Below the pieces are notes generated by a model that worked only from the letters and a program-made list of their open reading frames with translations, searched no databases and was not told the DNA's origin. 64,000 bases of DNA, from positions 2,356,001 through 2,420,000 of the forward strand of contig CM022666.1 in assembly GCA_012295275.1 (NCBI GenBank). The letters run 5' to 3'. Shown piece after piece: positions 27,619 through 40,104 of this stretch. The stretch's first letter is position 1, and every line of letters begins with the position of its first letter. A program made the translations under genes and the position numbers. Source of the DNA: Chrysomallon squamiferum. Its lineage: Eukaryota; Animalia; Mollusca.

Positions 27619-28844
27619 GATTTTTCGCTTTCAAACTGTATTACTTTTCCCAGTTTTTAAAATGATTACCTTCGCTGTCGATTGCTTTGGCTGAGAATGA
27701 TTTAAAGGACAAATTTCAATGTTACAAAATAGCTGGCTTTTGCCCGAGTTTCATATCTGCGCACTGTAGTGATTATTTCACGTTTGCGCATCAGTACGTC
27801 ACGACCAGAATAATGCAAGAAACAGATCTAAGAAATCACAGTTTTTTAATTTATTTATTTTGTTCTCTGTTATTCGTAATCTGTACAGTAAATACAAATA
27901 ATAGCTGAAAAATGACCAGGGGGTCGATGATTTAAGAGACTTCTTGAGGCGATATAAGTGAGTTAGTATGTAACCTAAAGTAATTATGTGGATTTTGCGA
28001 AGTAAATTATGTTTCAACAAACAAGATAAGCATACTGTTGGTGAGAGAACAGCACAAATTCAGCAAGTTACAAATAAATGTCTGTGCTGTTCTCAAATAT
28101 CCCTCCAACATCGGAGATACAGAAAAATAAAATACAATTAATATCAGTTTATTTTATTAAACCATTCTTCCTATTGCTGTCATTATTACATAAAGTCGTC
28201 TGACTAGACCAGGCGGTTGCCAAGGTAATCAGTGGTTAATCTTATGGAATAAAAGAGAACTTAAGAATCGTTAAGGGTGGGTAACTGTAATAGAAATTAA
28301 TATAAAAAAAAAAAAAAAAAAAAAAAAAATTAAAAAAAAAAAAAAATAAATAATTAAATAAATAAATAAATAAAAGAAAAAAAATGGAATCTAAAATTAG
28401 GAAATGTAATAATGAATACTGGATATCCCCAAATTTGTGCAAATGTTCTACCTTTTATTTTGGTATTAACATATTCATCATAAACAGATACTGGAAGCTA
28501 AAAATATTATTAAAATTAAATTTTACTATAAGACGTCTGATAACTGTTTGAAAAATCATTTCTTGAGGCACACATCCACATGCATGCATGCGTGTATAAA
28601 TATGCGCATATTAAAACACATAAGCGTACAAATAACAACTTCAGATATATGTCGGAATATTTATTTAACAAATTAAGAAAAACACAATGAAACATTTAAT
28701 ACAAACAATATTTTGAAAACCTTATTTTCTTTTGGCACACAAAGGCAACATTTTTTTCTTGTCCCCTTTTCTCATGAACGTTTATATCTTTCCCATCACT
28801 TTTTTCTTTTTTTTTTTTTCTTTGTTGCGCGTGCGTTTAATTTT

Positions 28845-29039
28845 TCAGAGCTGCTTAATAGCGCTCTTTCCCATCCATGTCCCAAGAAGAAAGACGGAAA
28901 TAGCCGAAGTTTCCACTCTACAAGAGTTACTTTCCGGATTTTGGGTGTCTATGCCCATAATGCTGTATGGGTAATCATACATTTCTTCCATATTTGGAAT
29001 TCTTTGAAGAATGTGTAACGAAGGCAGAACAATTGACAT
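28845..29039 (-). CDS. Hypothetical 64-aa micropeptide, array copy 6
   Basis: As copy 1. Confidence 0.3.
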   Translation of the reverse strand: MSIVLPSLHILQRIPNMEEMYDYPYSIMGIDTQNPESNSCRVETSAISVFLLGTWMGKSAIKQL

Positions 29040-29645
29040 GATTTTTCGCTTTCAAACTGTATTACTTTTCCCAGTTTTTAAAATTATTACCTTCGCTGTC
29101 GATTGCTTTGGCTGAGAATGATTTAAAGGACAAATTTCAATGTTACAAAATAGCTGACTTTTGCCCGAGTTTCATATCTGCGCACTGTAGTGATTATTTC
29201 ACGTTTGCGCATCAGTACGTCATGACCAGAATAAATCACGAAACAGATCTAAGAAATCACAGTTTGTTTATTTTTAAACCTTTTTTTATTTTATTTTTTT
29301 TAAATTCGTAATCTGTACAGTAAATAAAAATAATTGCTGAAAAATAACCATGGGGTCGATGATATTTTAGACTTCTTGGAGCAATATGTAACCTAAAGTT
29401 ATTACATGGTTTTTGCGAAGTAAATTATGTTTCAACAAACAACACAAACATACTGATCATGAAAACGATTTGTAAGTGACAGCTCAGCAAAAATTCACCA
29501 AGTTACAAATAAATATCTGTGATTTTCTCAAAGATCCCTCCAACATCGGAGATACAGAAAAATAAAATACAAGTAATATCGACCAAATGTATCTTACAAA
29601 GTATCTGCCAAATGTATATTATCCGTACTCTTCATAATAAAAATA

Positions 29646-29682
<37 letters not shown>

Positions 29683-30766
29683 TTAAGTACAGTTTATGCA
29701 ATAGCGTAATCATTATTATTAAAAAAAGATTTAATAAAAATATTTTCATTTCCCAATTTGCTCTTATTGTCGAAGAGATCTATCTTATAAAGAAACTTTC
29801 CATAGCTAGTCAAGTTGCGGTCCTGATGAAACAAATAGCAGTTTTCACATATGTGTGCTTATTTATCACAACTTCTTTCGTGATTAAAAAAAGTAAATAA
29901 ATTTAATTTTTTTTTTTTAAAATACAAGAACGTAGCCATGGCTAGAGTAACCCAGCAAAGGGGAGAGATACAGATTGAGAGAGGAGGGAGGTGAACTGAG
30001 AACATTCATTTTCAGGTTTATAATATATCGAAACATTGTCAGCTGTCATCGAAATACAAGCTGAAAATAATGTAGGTGAGTATAAAATTCGGTCGTCGAA
30101 TCTTTTGCATATGAAATAATAAGAGTAGTCTTTAGATTAATATCAGTAAATATTGCTGCTGGAATAAAATGGAAAGCACGGAAACTGTGTCTCTAACTAT
30201 TTTCAATATTGCTTTACCATCACAGAAAACTACTGCATTAATATCAGTAAAAATTAAAATAGTCCTAGAAAAGAGTTTGCATAAAAATACACTTTAGAAA
30301 TTTAGAAATTTTGAAATTGTCATGGTTACAGATGCTACCGGTATTTGTGAATGAATTGTACGATATTCATTTCTCGATATTGATTACAAAACAGTTAATT
30401 AAAGTGAAAACAGATTGTGTTGTTGTTATTGTTTTTCTATATGTATGAGTGTGCGAGAAATGTTGTTGTCGTAAAAAGTCCTGTACTGTCTTGTGATGAG
30501 ATTCGATGAGAGGTAATTTCACTGAAACAGACGATTCCAGTCAGGATGTAGTGTGTGTAATACCACGTTGATGCTGTTGTGTGAAAGCAACGACTAGCAT
30601 GTCATTTTGTGGAAAATACAGTAACAGCATAAGGTATGGTTGATATAAATAATTAATTACAAAGTTACGAAACGTCTGTGTTAATTTTAATCTAATCCAT
30701 ACATTTGCAAACTTGTTAAAGATATTAAATATATATATATATATAATAATGAAAGTAATGATGATA

Positions 30767-30797
<31 letters not shown>

Positions 30798-31258
30798 CGT
30801 GATAACAAAATAACAAGAACTCTAACCTAGCCCCTACTGAAGTAATCACATTTGTAAACGAAAAGGAGAGAACGAAAATTCGTTGATAAACAGAATATAA
30901 TGACTGGTTTTAGTCTTTTATTGTATTATCATATTAATTATTACCAGATACTGCTTGCTAAAAATAGTATTAAAATTTAAATTTACTTATCGGTGGAATG
31001 TAACATCTGCTCATAATCTCTATAATGAAATTTCTTTTGATGTTATTTCATAAACTCAAGCTGAAGGTAAATAGCTTTGTATCTGTATGTTTCCAAGAAT
31101 TTTTTTTTTTTGTTTCAGGTTTAAAATAATAATAATAATATTTTATTTTGTTTCAGGTTTAAATCAGCAACAACAATAATATCTATGTGGATGTGTAATA
31201 TTCACCTTGGATTTTTAAAAATGTATCACATTGTAGCCTTCCATCTATTTCAAACAAT

Positions 31259-31305
<47 letters not shown>

Positions 31306-32007
31306 TTATTGATATACATCATATATTCTTCGGTATAGATGACATTGAAGGTAAATCCAAGGATATGTATTCAACCAAGACATTATTTTTGTTTCAGAGT
31401 TATATTAATAATAATAATAATAATATAAATTGTATATTAATAATAAATCATGATCATAAATTAACACCTAGCCCTTATTGAAATAAAAACATTCGTAAAC
31501 GAAAAGGTAAAAACAAAAATTCCTTGGTAAACACAACACAATGAGTATTTTTACGGATGTTTCGACAAAATTCACTAAAAGAAATAAAGAAATCGTTTGG
31601 CCTGCTTCGATTTAGGCTTTTATTGTATTATCATATTCATCATAAACAGATACTGGAAGCTAAAAATATTATTAAAATTAAATTTTACTATAAGACGTCT
31701 GATAACTGTTTGAAAAATCATTTCTTGAGGCACACATCCACATGCATGCATGCGTGTATAAATATGCGCATATTAAAACACATAAGCGTACAAATAACAA
31801 CTTCAGATATATGTCGGAATATTTATTTAACAAATTAAGAAAAACACAATGAAACATTTAATACAAACAATATTTTGAAAACCTTATTTTCGTTTGGCAC
31901 ACAAAGAGCAACATTTTTTTCTTGTCCCCTTTTCTCATGAACGTTTATATCTTTCCCATCACTTTTTTCTTCTTTTTTTTTTCTTTGTTGCGTGTGCGTT
32001 TAATTTT

Positions 32008-32202
32008 TCAGAGCTGCTTAATAGCGCTCTTTCCCATCCATGTCCCAAGAAGAAAGACGGAAATAGCCGAAGTTTCCACTCTACAAGAGTTACTTTCCGG
32101 ATTTTGGGTGTCTATGCCCATAATGCTGTATGGGTAATCATACATTTCTTCCATATTTGGAATCCTCTGAAGAATGTGTAACGAAGGCAGAACAATTGAC
32201 AT
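32008..32202 (-). CDS. Hypothetical 64-aa micropeptide, array copy 7
   Basis: As copy 1. Confidence 0.3.
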   Translation of the reverse strand: MSIVLPSLHILQRIPNMEEMYDYPYSIMGIDTQNPESNSCRVETSAISVFLLGTWMGKSAIKQL

Positions 32203-33435
32203 GATTTTTCGCTTTCAAACTGTATTACTTTTCCCAGTTTTTAAAATTATTACCTTCGCTGTCGATTGCTTTGGCTGAGAATGATTTAAAGGACAAATTT
32301 CAATGTTACAAAATAGCTGGCTTTTGCCCGAGTTTCATATCTGCGCACTGTAGTGATTATTTCACGTTTGCGCATCAGTACGTCACGACCAGAATAATGC
32401 AAGAAACAGATCTAAGAAATCACAGTTTTTTAATTTATTTATTTTGTTCTCTGTTATTCGTAATCTGTACAGTAAATACAAATAATAGCTGAAAAATGAC
32501 CAGGGGGTCGATGATTTAAGAGACTTCTTGAGGCGATATAAGTGAGTTAGTATGTAACCTAAAGTAATTATATGGATTTTGCGAAGTAAATTATGTTTCA
32601 ACAAACAAGATAAGCATACTGTTGGTGAGAGAACAGCACAAATTCACCAAGTTACAAATAAATGTCTGTGCTGTTCTCAAATATCCCTCCAACATCGGAG
32701 ATACAGAAAAATAAAATACAAGTAATATCAGTTTATTTTATTAAACCATTCTTCCTATTGCTGTCATTATTACATAAAGTCGTCTGACTAGACCAGGCGG
32801 TTGCCAAGGTAATCAGTGGTTAATCTTATGGAATAAAAGAGAACTTAAGAATCGTTAAGGGTGGGTAACTGTAATAGAAATTAATATTAAAAAAAAAAAA
32901 AAATTAAAAAGAAAAAAAAATTAAAAAAAAAAAATTAAATAATTAAATAAATAAATAAATAAAAAAAAAAAGAATGGAATCTAAAATTAGGAAATGTAAT
33001 AATGAATACTGGATATCCCCAAATTTGTGCAAATGTTCTACCTTTTATTTTGGTATTATCATATTCATCATAAACAGATACTGGAAGCTAAAAATATTAT
33101 TAAAATTAAATTTTACTATAAGACGTCTGATAATTGTTAGAAAAATCATTTCTTGAGGCACACATCCACATCCATGCATGCGTGTATAAATATGCGCATA
33201 TTAAAACACATAAGCGTACAAATAACAACTTCAGATATATGTCGGAATATTTATTTAACAAATTAAGAAAAACACAATGAAACATTTAATACAAACAATA
33301 TTTTGAAAACCTTATTTTCTTTTGGCACACAAAGAGCAACATTTTTTTCTTGTCCCCTTTTCTCATGAACGTTTATATCTTTCCCATCACTTTTTTCTTC
33401 TTTTTTTTTTCTTTGTTGCGCGTGCGTTTAATTTT

Positions 33436-33630
33436 TCAGAGCTGCTTAATAGCGCTCTTTCCCATCCATGTCCCAAGAAGAAAGACGGAAATAGCCGAAG
33501 TTTCCACTCTACAAGAGTTACTTTCCGGATTTTGGGTGTCTATGCCCATAATGCTGTATGGGTAATCAAACATTTCTTCCATATTTGGAATCCTTTGAAG
33601 AATGTGTAACGAAGGCAGAACAATTGACAT
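33436..33630 (-). CDS. Hypothetical 64-aa micropeptide, array copy 8
   Basis: As copy 1. Confidence 0.3.
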   Translation of the reverse strand: MSIVLPSLHILQRIPNMEEMFDYPYSIMGIDTQNPESNSCRVETSAISVFLLGTWMGKSAIKQL

Positions 33631-34860
33631 GATTTTTCGCTTTCAAACTGTATTACTTTTCCCAGTTTTTAAAATTATTACCTTCGCTGTCGATTGCTTT
33701 GGCTGAGAATGATTTAAAGGACAAATTTCAATGTTACAAAATAGCTGACTTTTGCCCGAGTTTCATATCTGCGCACTGTAGTGATTATTTCACGTTTGCG
33801 CATCAGTACGTCACGACCAGAATAATGCAAGAAACAGATCTAAGAAATCACAGTTTTTTAATTTATTTTATTTGTTCTCTGTTATTCGTAATCTGTACAG
33901 TAAATACAAATAATAGCTGAAAAATGACCAGGGGTCGATGATTTAAGAGACTTCTTGAGGCGATATAAGTGAGTTAGTATGTAACCTAAAGTAATTATAT
34001 GGATTTTGCGAAGTAAATTATGTTTCAACAAACAAGATAAGCATACTGTTGGTGAGAGAACAGCACAAATTCACCAAGTTACAAATAAATGTCTGTGCTG
34101 TTCTCAAATATCCGTCCAATATCGGAGATACAGAAAAATAAAATACAAGTAATATCAGTTTATTTTATTAAACCATTCTTCCTATTGCTGTCATTATTAC
34201 ATAAAGTCGTCTGACTAGACCAGGCGGTTGCCAAGGTAATCAGTGGTTAATCTTATGGAATAAAAAGAGAACTTAAGAATCGTTAAGGGTGGGTAACTGT
34301 AATAGAAATTAATATTAAAAAAAAAAAAATTAAAAAAAAAAAAAATTAAAAAAAAAAAATTAAATAATTAAATAAATAAATAAATAAAAGAAAAAAAAAT
34401 GGAATCTAAAATTAGGAAATGTAATAATGAATACTGGATATCCCCAAATTTGTGCAAATGTTCTACCTTTTATTTTGGTATTATCATATTCATCATAAAC
34501 AGATACTGGAAGCTAAAAATATTATTAAAATTAAATTTTACTATAAGACGTCTGATAATTGTTAGAAAAATCATTTCTTGAGGCACACATCCACATCCAT
34601 GCATGCGTGTATAAATATGCGCATATTAAAACACATAAGCGTACAAATAACAACTTCAGATATATGTCGGAATATTTATTTAACAAATTAAGAAAAACAC
34701 AATGAAACATTTAATACAAACAATATTTTGAAAACCTTATTTTCTTTTGGCACACAAAGGCAACATTTTTTTTCTTATCCCCTTTTCTCATGAACGTTTA
34801 TATGTTTCCCGTCACTTTTTCTTCTTCTTTCTTTTCTTTGTTGCGTGTGCGTTTAATTTT

Positions 34861-35055
34861 TCAGAGCTGCTTAATAGCGCTCTTTCCCATCCATGTCCCA
34901 AGAAGAAAGACGGAAATAGCCGAAGTTTCCACTCTACAAGAGTTACTTTCCGGATTTTGGGTGTCTATGCCCATAATGCTGTATGGGTAATCATACATTT
35001 CTTCCATATTTGGAATCCTTTGAAGAATGTGTAACGAAGGCAGAACAATTGACAT
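34861..35055 (-). CDS. Hypothetical 64-aa micropeptide, array copy 9
   Basis: As copy 1. Confidence 0.3.
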   Translation of the reverse strand: MSIVLPSLHILQRIPNMEEMYDYPYSIMGIDTQNPESNSCRVETSAISVFLLGTWMGKSAIKQL

Positions 35056-36282
35056 GATTTTTCGCTTTCAAACTGTATTACTTTTCCCAGTTTTTAAAAT
35101 TATTACCTTCGCTGTCGATTGCTTTGGCTGAGAATGATTTAAAGGACAAATTTCAATGTTACAAAATAGCTGACTTTTGCCCGAGTTTCATATCTGCGCA
35201 CTGTAGTGATTATTTCACGTTTGCGCATCAGTACGTCACGACCAGAATAATGCAAGAAACAGATCTAAGAAATCACAGTTTTTAATTTATTTATTTTGTT
35301 CTCTGTTATTCGTAATCTGTACAGTAAATACAAATAATAGCTTAAAAAATGACCAGGGGTCGATGATTTAAGAGACTTCTTGAGGCGATATAAGTGAGTT
35401 AGTATGTAACCTAAAGTAATTATATGGATTTTGCGAAGTAAATTATGTTTCAACAAACAAGATAAGCATACTGTTGGTGAGAGAACAGCACAAATTCAGC
35501 AAGTTACAAATAAATGTCTGTGCTGTTCTCAAATATCCCTCCAACATCGGAGATATAGAAAAATAAAATACAAGTAATATCAGTTTATTTTATTAAACCA
35601 TTCTTCCTATTGCTGTCATTATTACATAAAGTCGTCTGACTAGACCAGGCGGTTGCCAAGGTAATCAGTGGTTAATCTTATGGAATAAAAGAGAACTTAA
35701 GAATCGTTAAGGGTGGGTAACTGTAATAGAAATTAATATTAAAAAAAAAAATTAAAAAGAAAATAAAATTAAAAAAAAAAATTAAATAATTAAATAAATA
35801 AATAAATAAAAGAAAAAGAATGGAATCTAAAATTAGGAAATGTAATAATGAATACTGGATATCCCCAAATTTGTGCAAATGTTCTACCTTTTATTTTGGT
35901 ATTATCATATTCATCATAAACAGATACTGGAAGCTAAAAATATTATTAAAATTAAATTTTACTATAAGACGTCTGATAATTGTTAGAAAAATCATTTCTT
36001 GAGGCACACATCCACATCCATGCATGCGTGTATAAATATGCGCATATTAAAACACATAAGCGTACAAATAACAACTTCAGATATATGTCGGAATATTTAT
36101 TTAACAAATTAAGAAAAACACAATGAAACATTTAATACAAACAATATTTTGAAAACCTTATTTTCTTTTGGCACACAAAGAGCAACATTTTTTTCTTGTC
36201 CCCTTTTCTCATGAACGTTTATATCTTTCCCATCACTTTTTTTTTTTTTTTTTTTTTCTTTGTTTCGCGTGCGTTTAATTTT

Positions 36283-36477
36283 TCAGAGCTGCTTAATAGC
36301 GCTCTTTCCCATCCATGTCCCAAGAAGAAAGACGGAAATAGCCGAAGTTTCCACTCTACAAGAGTTACTTTCCGGATTTTGGGTGTCTATGCCCATAATG
36401 CTGTATGGGTAATCAAACATTTCTTCCATATTTGGAATCCTCTGAAGAATGTGTAACGAAGGCAGAACAATTGACAT
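36283..36477 (-). CDS. Hypothetical 64-aa micropeptide, array copy 10
   Basis: As copy 1. Confidence 0.3.
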   Translation of the reverse strand: MSIVLPSLHILQRIPNMEEMFDYPYSIMGIDTQNPESNSCRVETSAISVFLLGTWMGKSAIKQL

Positions 36478-37439
36478 GATTTTTCGCTTTCAAACTGTAT
36501 TACTTTTCCCAGTTTTTAAAATTATTACCTTCGCTGTCGATTGCTTTGGCTGAGAATGATTTAAAGGACAAATTTCAATGTTACAAAATAGCTGACTTTT
36601 GCCCGAGTTTCATATCTGCGCACTGTAGTGATTATTTCACGTTTGCGCATCAGTACGTCACGACCAGAATAATGCAAGAAACAGATCTAAGAAATCACAG
36701 TTTTTTAATTTATTTATTTTGTTCTCTGTTATTCGTAATCTGTACAGTAAATACAAATAATAGCTGAAAAATGACCAGGGGGTCGATGATTTAAGAGACT
36801 TCTTGAGACGATATAAGTGAGTTAGTATGTAACCTAAAGTAATTATGTGGATTTTGCGAAGTAAATTATGTTTCAACAAACAAGATAAGCATACTGTTGG
36901 TGAGAGAACAGCACAAATTCAGCAAGTTACAAATAAATGTCTGTGCTGTTCTCAAATATCCCTCCAACATCAGAGATACAGAAAAATAAAATACAAGTAA
37001 TATCAGTTTATTTTATTAAACCATTCTTCCTATTGCTGTCATTATTACATAAAGTCGTCTGACTAGACCAGGCGGTTGCCAAGGCAATCTGTGGTTAATC
37101 TCATGGAGTAAAAGAGAACTTAAGAATCGTTTAGGGTGGGTAACTGAAATAGAAATTAATATTCAATAATAAAAAATTAAAAAATATAAAAAAAGAATGG
37201 AATCTAAAATTAGGAAATGAAATAATGAACACCGGATAACCCCAAATTTGTGCAAATGTCCTATCATTTTATTTTGGTATTCCCCAGTACGTATAAAGTT
37301 GAAGCTTAATGTAATTATGTAGCAAAACATGTTGAAATTTGTTAGGAAGAAGAGACTTACAAATATAAAAGCTTACAAATTATCTGCGAAATGTATATTA
37401 AAAACAACCAAATACGGTACTCTTCACAAAAAAAAAAAA

Positions 37440-37481
<42 letters not shown>

Positions 37482-37871
37482 TTAAATACAGTTTATGCAA
37501 TAACGTAATCATTATTATTAAAAAAATTTAATAAAAACATTTTCGTTTCCCAATTTGTTCTTATTGTCGAGGAGATCTATCTTATAAAGAAACTTTCAAT
37601 AGCTAGTCATGTTGCTGTCCTAAGAACAATAGGAGTCACATATATTTATCACAACTGCTTTCGTAATAAAACAAATACAAATACAAGGACGTAATCATGG
37701 ATATATTAATCCACAATAGGGGGAGAAGAGAGACAGTTTGAGAGAGGACGAAGGTGAACACAGAATATTCACTTTTAGTGTTACAATATCGACAGTGGTC
37801 ATCGAACTACAAAATGAAAATAGTGTAGGTGTGTATAAATATTCATTTCTTGAGGCTGACACCCATATCCA

Positions 37872-37915
<44 letters not shown>

Positions 37916-38515
37916 CGCATATCAAAACACATAAGCGTACAAATAACAACTTCAGAATATTTATTTAACAAATTAAAAATAAAAGAACACTGAACAAAAC
38001 ATTTAATACAAACAATATTTTGAAAACCTTATTTTCTTTTGGCATGTAAATGGCAACATTAATCTGTTACGCCCGTATTTCTCTACATTTTTATTTTATC
38101 TCTATATTTTTGTTTTTTTTATTATTTATTTATTATTATTTTTTTTTTTTTTAACGAAAGTCCAAAGTTACTAATCAAAGTGAAAATGTTTTAAACTTTC
38201 TAAAGTTTGTCGAACTGTTGTAATCCACAATAAATCTTATTACTTCGGTTCTTTTTCTTTCTTCTTTTGCTTCTCATTTGTTATTTTTTAAATTTTATTT
38301 TGATGTCAAGCAACTGAGATGCAGAAAATGTTCAGAAACTGAGAGAAAATAAATTCTTCAAAATTAATATTAACATATATAAGGACGATCCTGATGAAAA
38401 AGGTCTAAACAGTAAATGGATTTTGTTCTTGTCTACTTTTCTCATAAACGTTTATTCCTTTCCCATCAATTTTTCTTCTTTTTTTTTTTTTCTTGTTGCG
38501 TGTGCGTTTGATTTT

Positions 38516-38712
38516 TCAGAGCTGCTTAATAGCACTCTTCCCCATCCAGGTCCCAAGAAGAAAGACGGAAATAGCCGAAGTTTCCACTCTACAAGCGTTA
38601 GTTATCCGGTTTTGGGTGTCTATGCCCATAATGCTGTATGGGGTAATCATCAATTTCTTCCATGCTTGGAATCATTAGAAGAATTTGTAACGAAAGCAGA
38701 ACAATTGACATG
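38516..38712 (-). pseudogene. Diverged 11th array copy with frameshifted ORF
   Basis: An extra G (TATGGGGTAATC at ~38637) shifts the frame to MSIVLLSLQILLMIPSMEEIDDYPIQHYGHRHPKPDN*. An insertion of several hundred bp lies to its left. Confidence 0.4.
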
Positions 38713-40104
38713 ATTTTTCACTTTCAAACTGTATCACTTTTCCCAATTTCAAAAATTATTACCTTCGCTGTCGATTGCTTTGGCTGAGAATGATGTTAAG
38801 GACAAATTTCAATGTTACAAAGCAGCTGGCTTTTGCTCGAATTTCATATCTGCGATTAGTGATTATTTCACGTTTGCGCATCAGTACGTCACGACCAGAA
38901 TAATGCACAAAATAGATCTGTCTAAGAAATCACAGTTTTGTATTATTATTATTATTTTTTTTTGTCATTATTATTGTTTGTTATTTGTAATCTGTATAGT
39001 ACATAAAATAGTGTCAGTTTATTTTATCAAGCCATTCTTCTTGTTGCTATCATCATTACATAAAGTCGTCTGACTAGACCGTGTGGTTACCAAGGTAGTC
39101 TGTTTAATAATCTCATGGATTAAAAGAGAACTTAAGAATCGTTAAGTGTGGGTCATTGAAATAGAAATTAATATTCAATAATAAATAATTTAAAAAAATA
39201 AAAAAGAAAAAAAAATAAAAAATAAAAATTAAGAAAAAGAATGGAATCTAAAATTAGGAAATGAAATAATGAATACTGGACATCCCAAAATTTGTGCAAA
39301 TGTCATATTTTTAATTTTGGTATTCCCCAGTACGTATAAGGTTCCAGTTTAATCTAATTATGCAGCAACACATGTTGAGTTTGTAAGCAAGAGGAGATAT
39401 AAGATAAAATCTTACAAATCATCCGCTCAGTGTAAACGGTATTTTAAAAACAACATACCGCACTCTTCACAATAAAACTATATATTATTATTATTATTAT
39501 TATTATTAAAGTACAGTTTATGCAATAACATAATCATTATTTTTAAAAATATTGAATAAAAATATTTTCATTGGACACCTAACCAACTGTTTGTTATTAT
39601 CGAAGATATCTGATAAAAAAAAAAAAAAAAAAAAACTTTCAATAGCTAGTCAGGTTAGCTGTCCTAAAAAAAAAAAAAATGAAAAGGAGACTTCACATAT
39701 ATTTATCACAACTGCTTTCGTAATAAAACAAATACAAATACAAGGACGTAATCATGGATATATTAATCCACAATAGGGGTAGAAGAGAGACAGATTGAGA
39801 GAGGACGAAGGTGAACACAGAATATTCAATTTTAGTGTTACAATATCGTCAGTGGTCATCGAACTACAAGATGAAAATAATGTAGGTGTGTATTAAAAAT
39901 GGTCGTCGAATCTTTAGGATATGAAATAATAATTGTAGGTCTTTACATTAATAGCTGCTGGAATAAAGATGGCTCTTATGGCAAACACTGAAACTGTGTC
40001 CCTATCAATTTTCTAAATTACGCTACAACAGCAGAAAACTGCTGCATTAATATCAGTAAAAATGAAAATAGTCTGAACAAAATGTTAGAATAAAAATGTA
40101 ATTT

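Noticed and set aside
38423-39073. Two in-frame plus-strand ORFs separated by a single TGA in copy 11 (selenocysteine or readthrough?)
   Set aside because: There is no ATG start, no recognisable SECIS or selenoprotein motif, and the frame is broken in the other ten copies.
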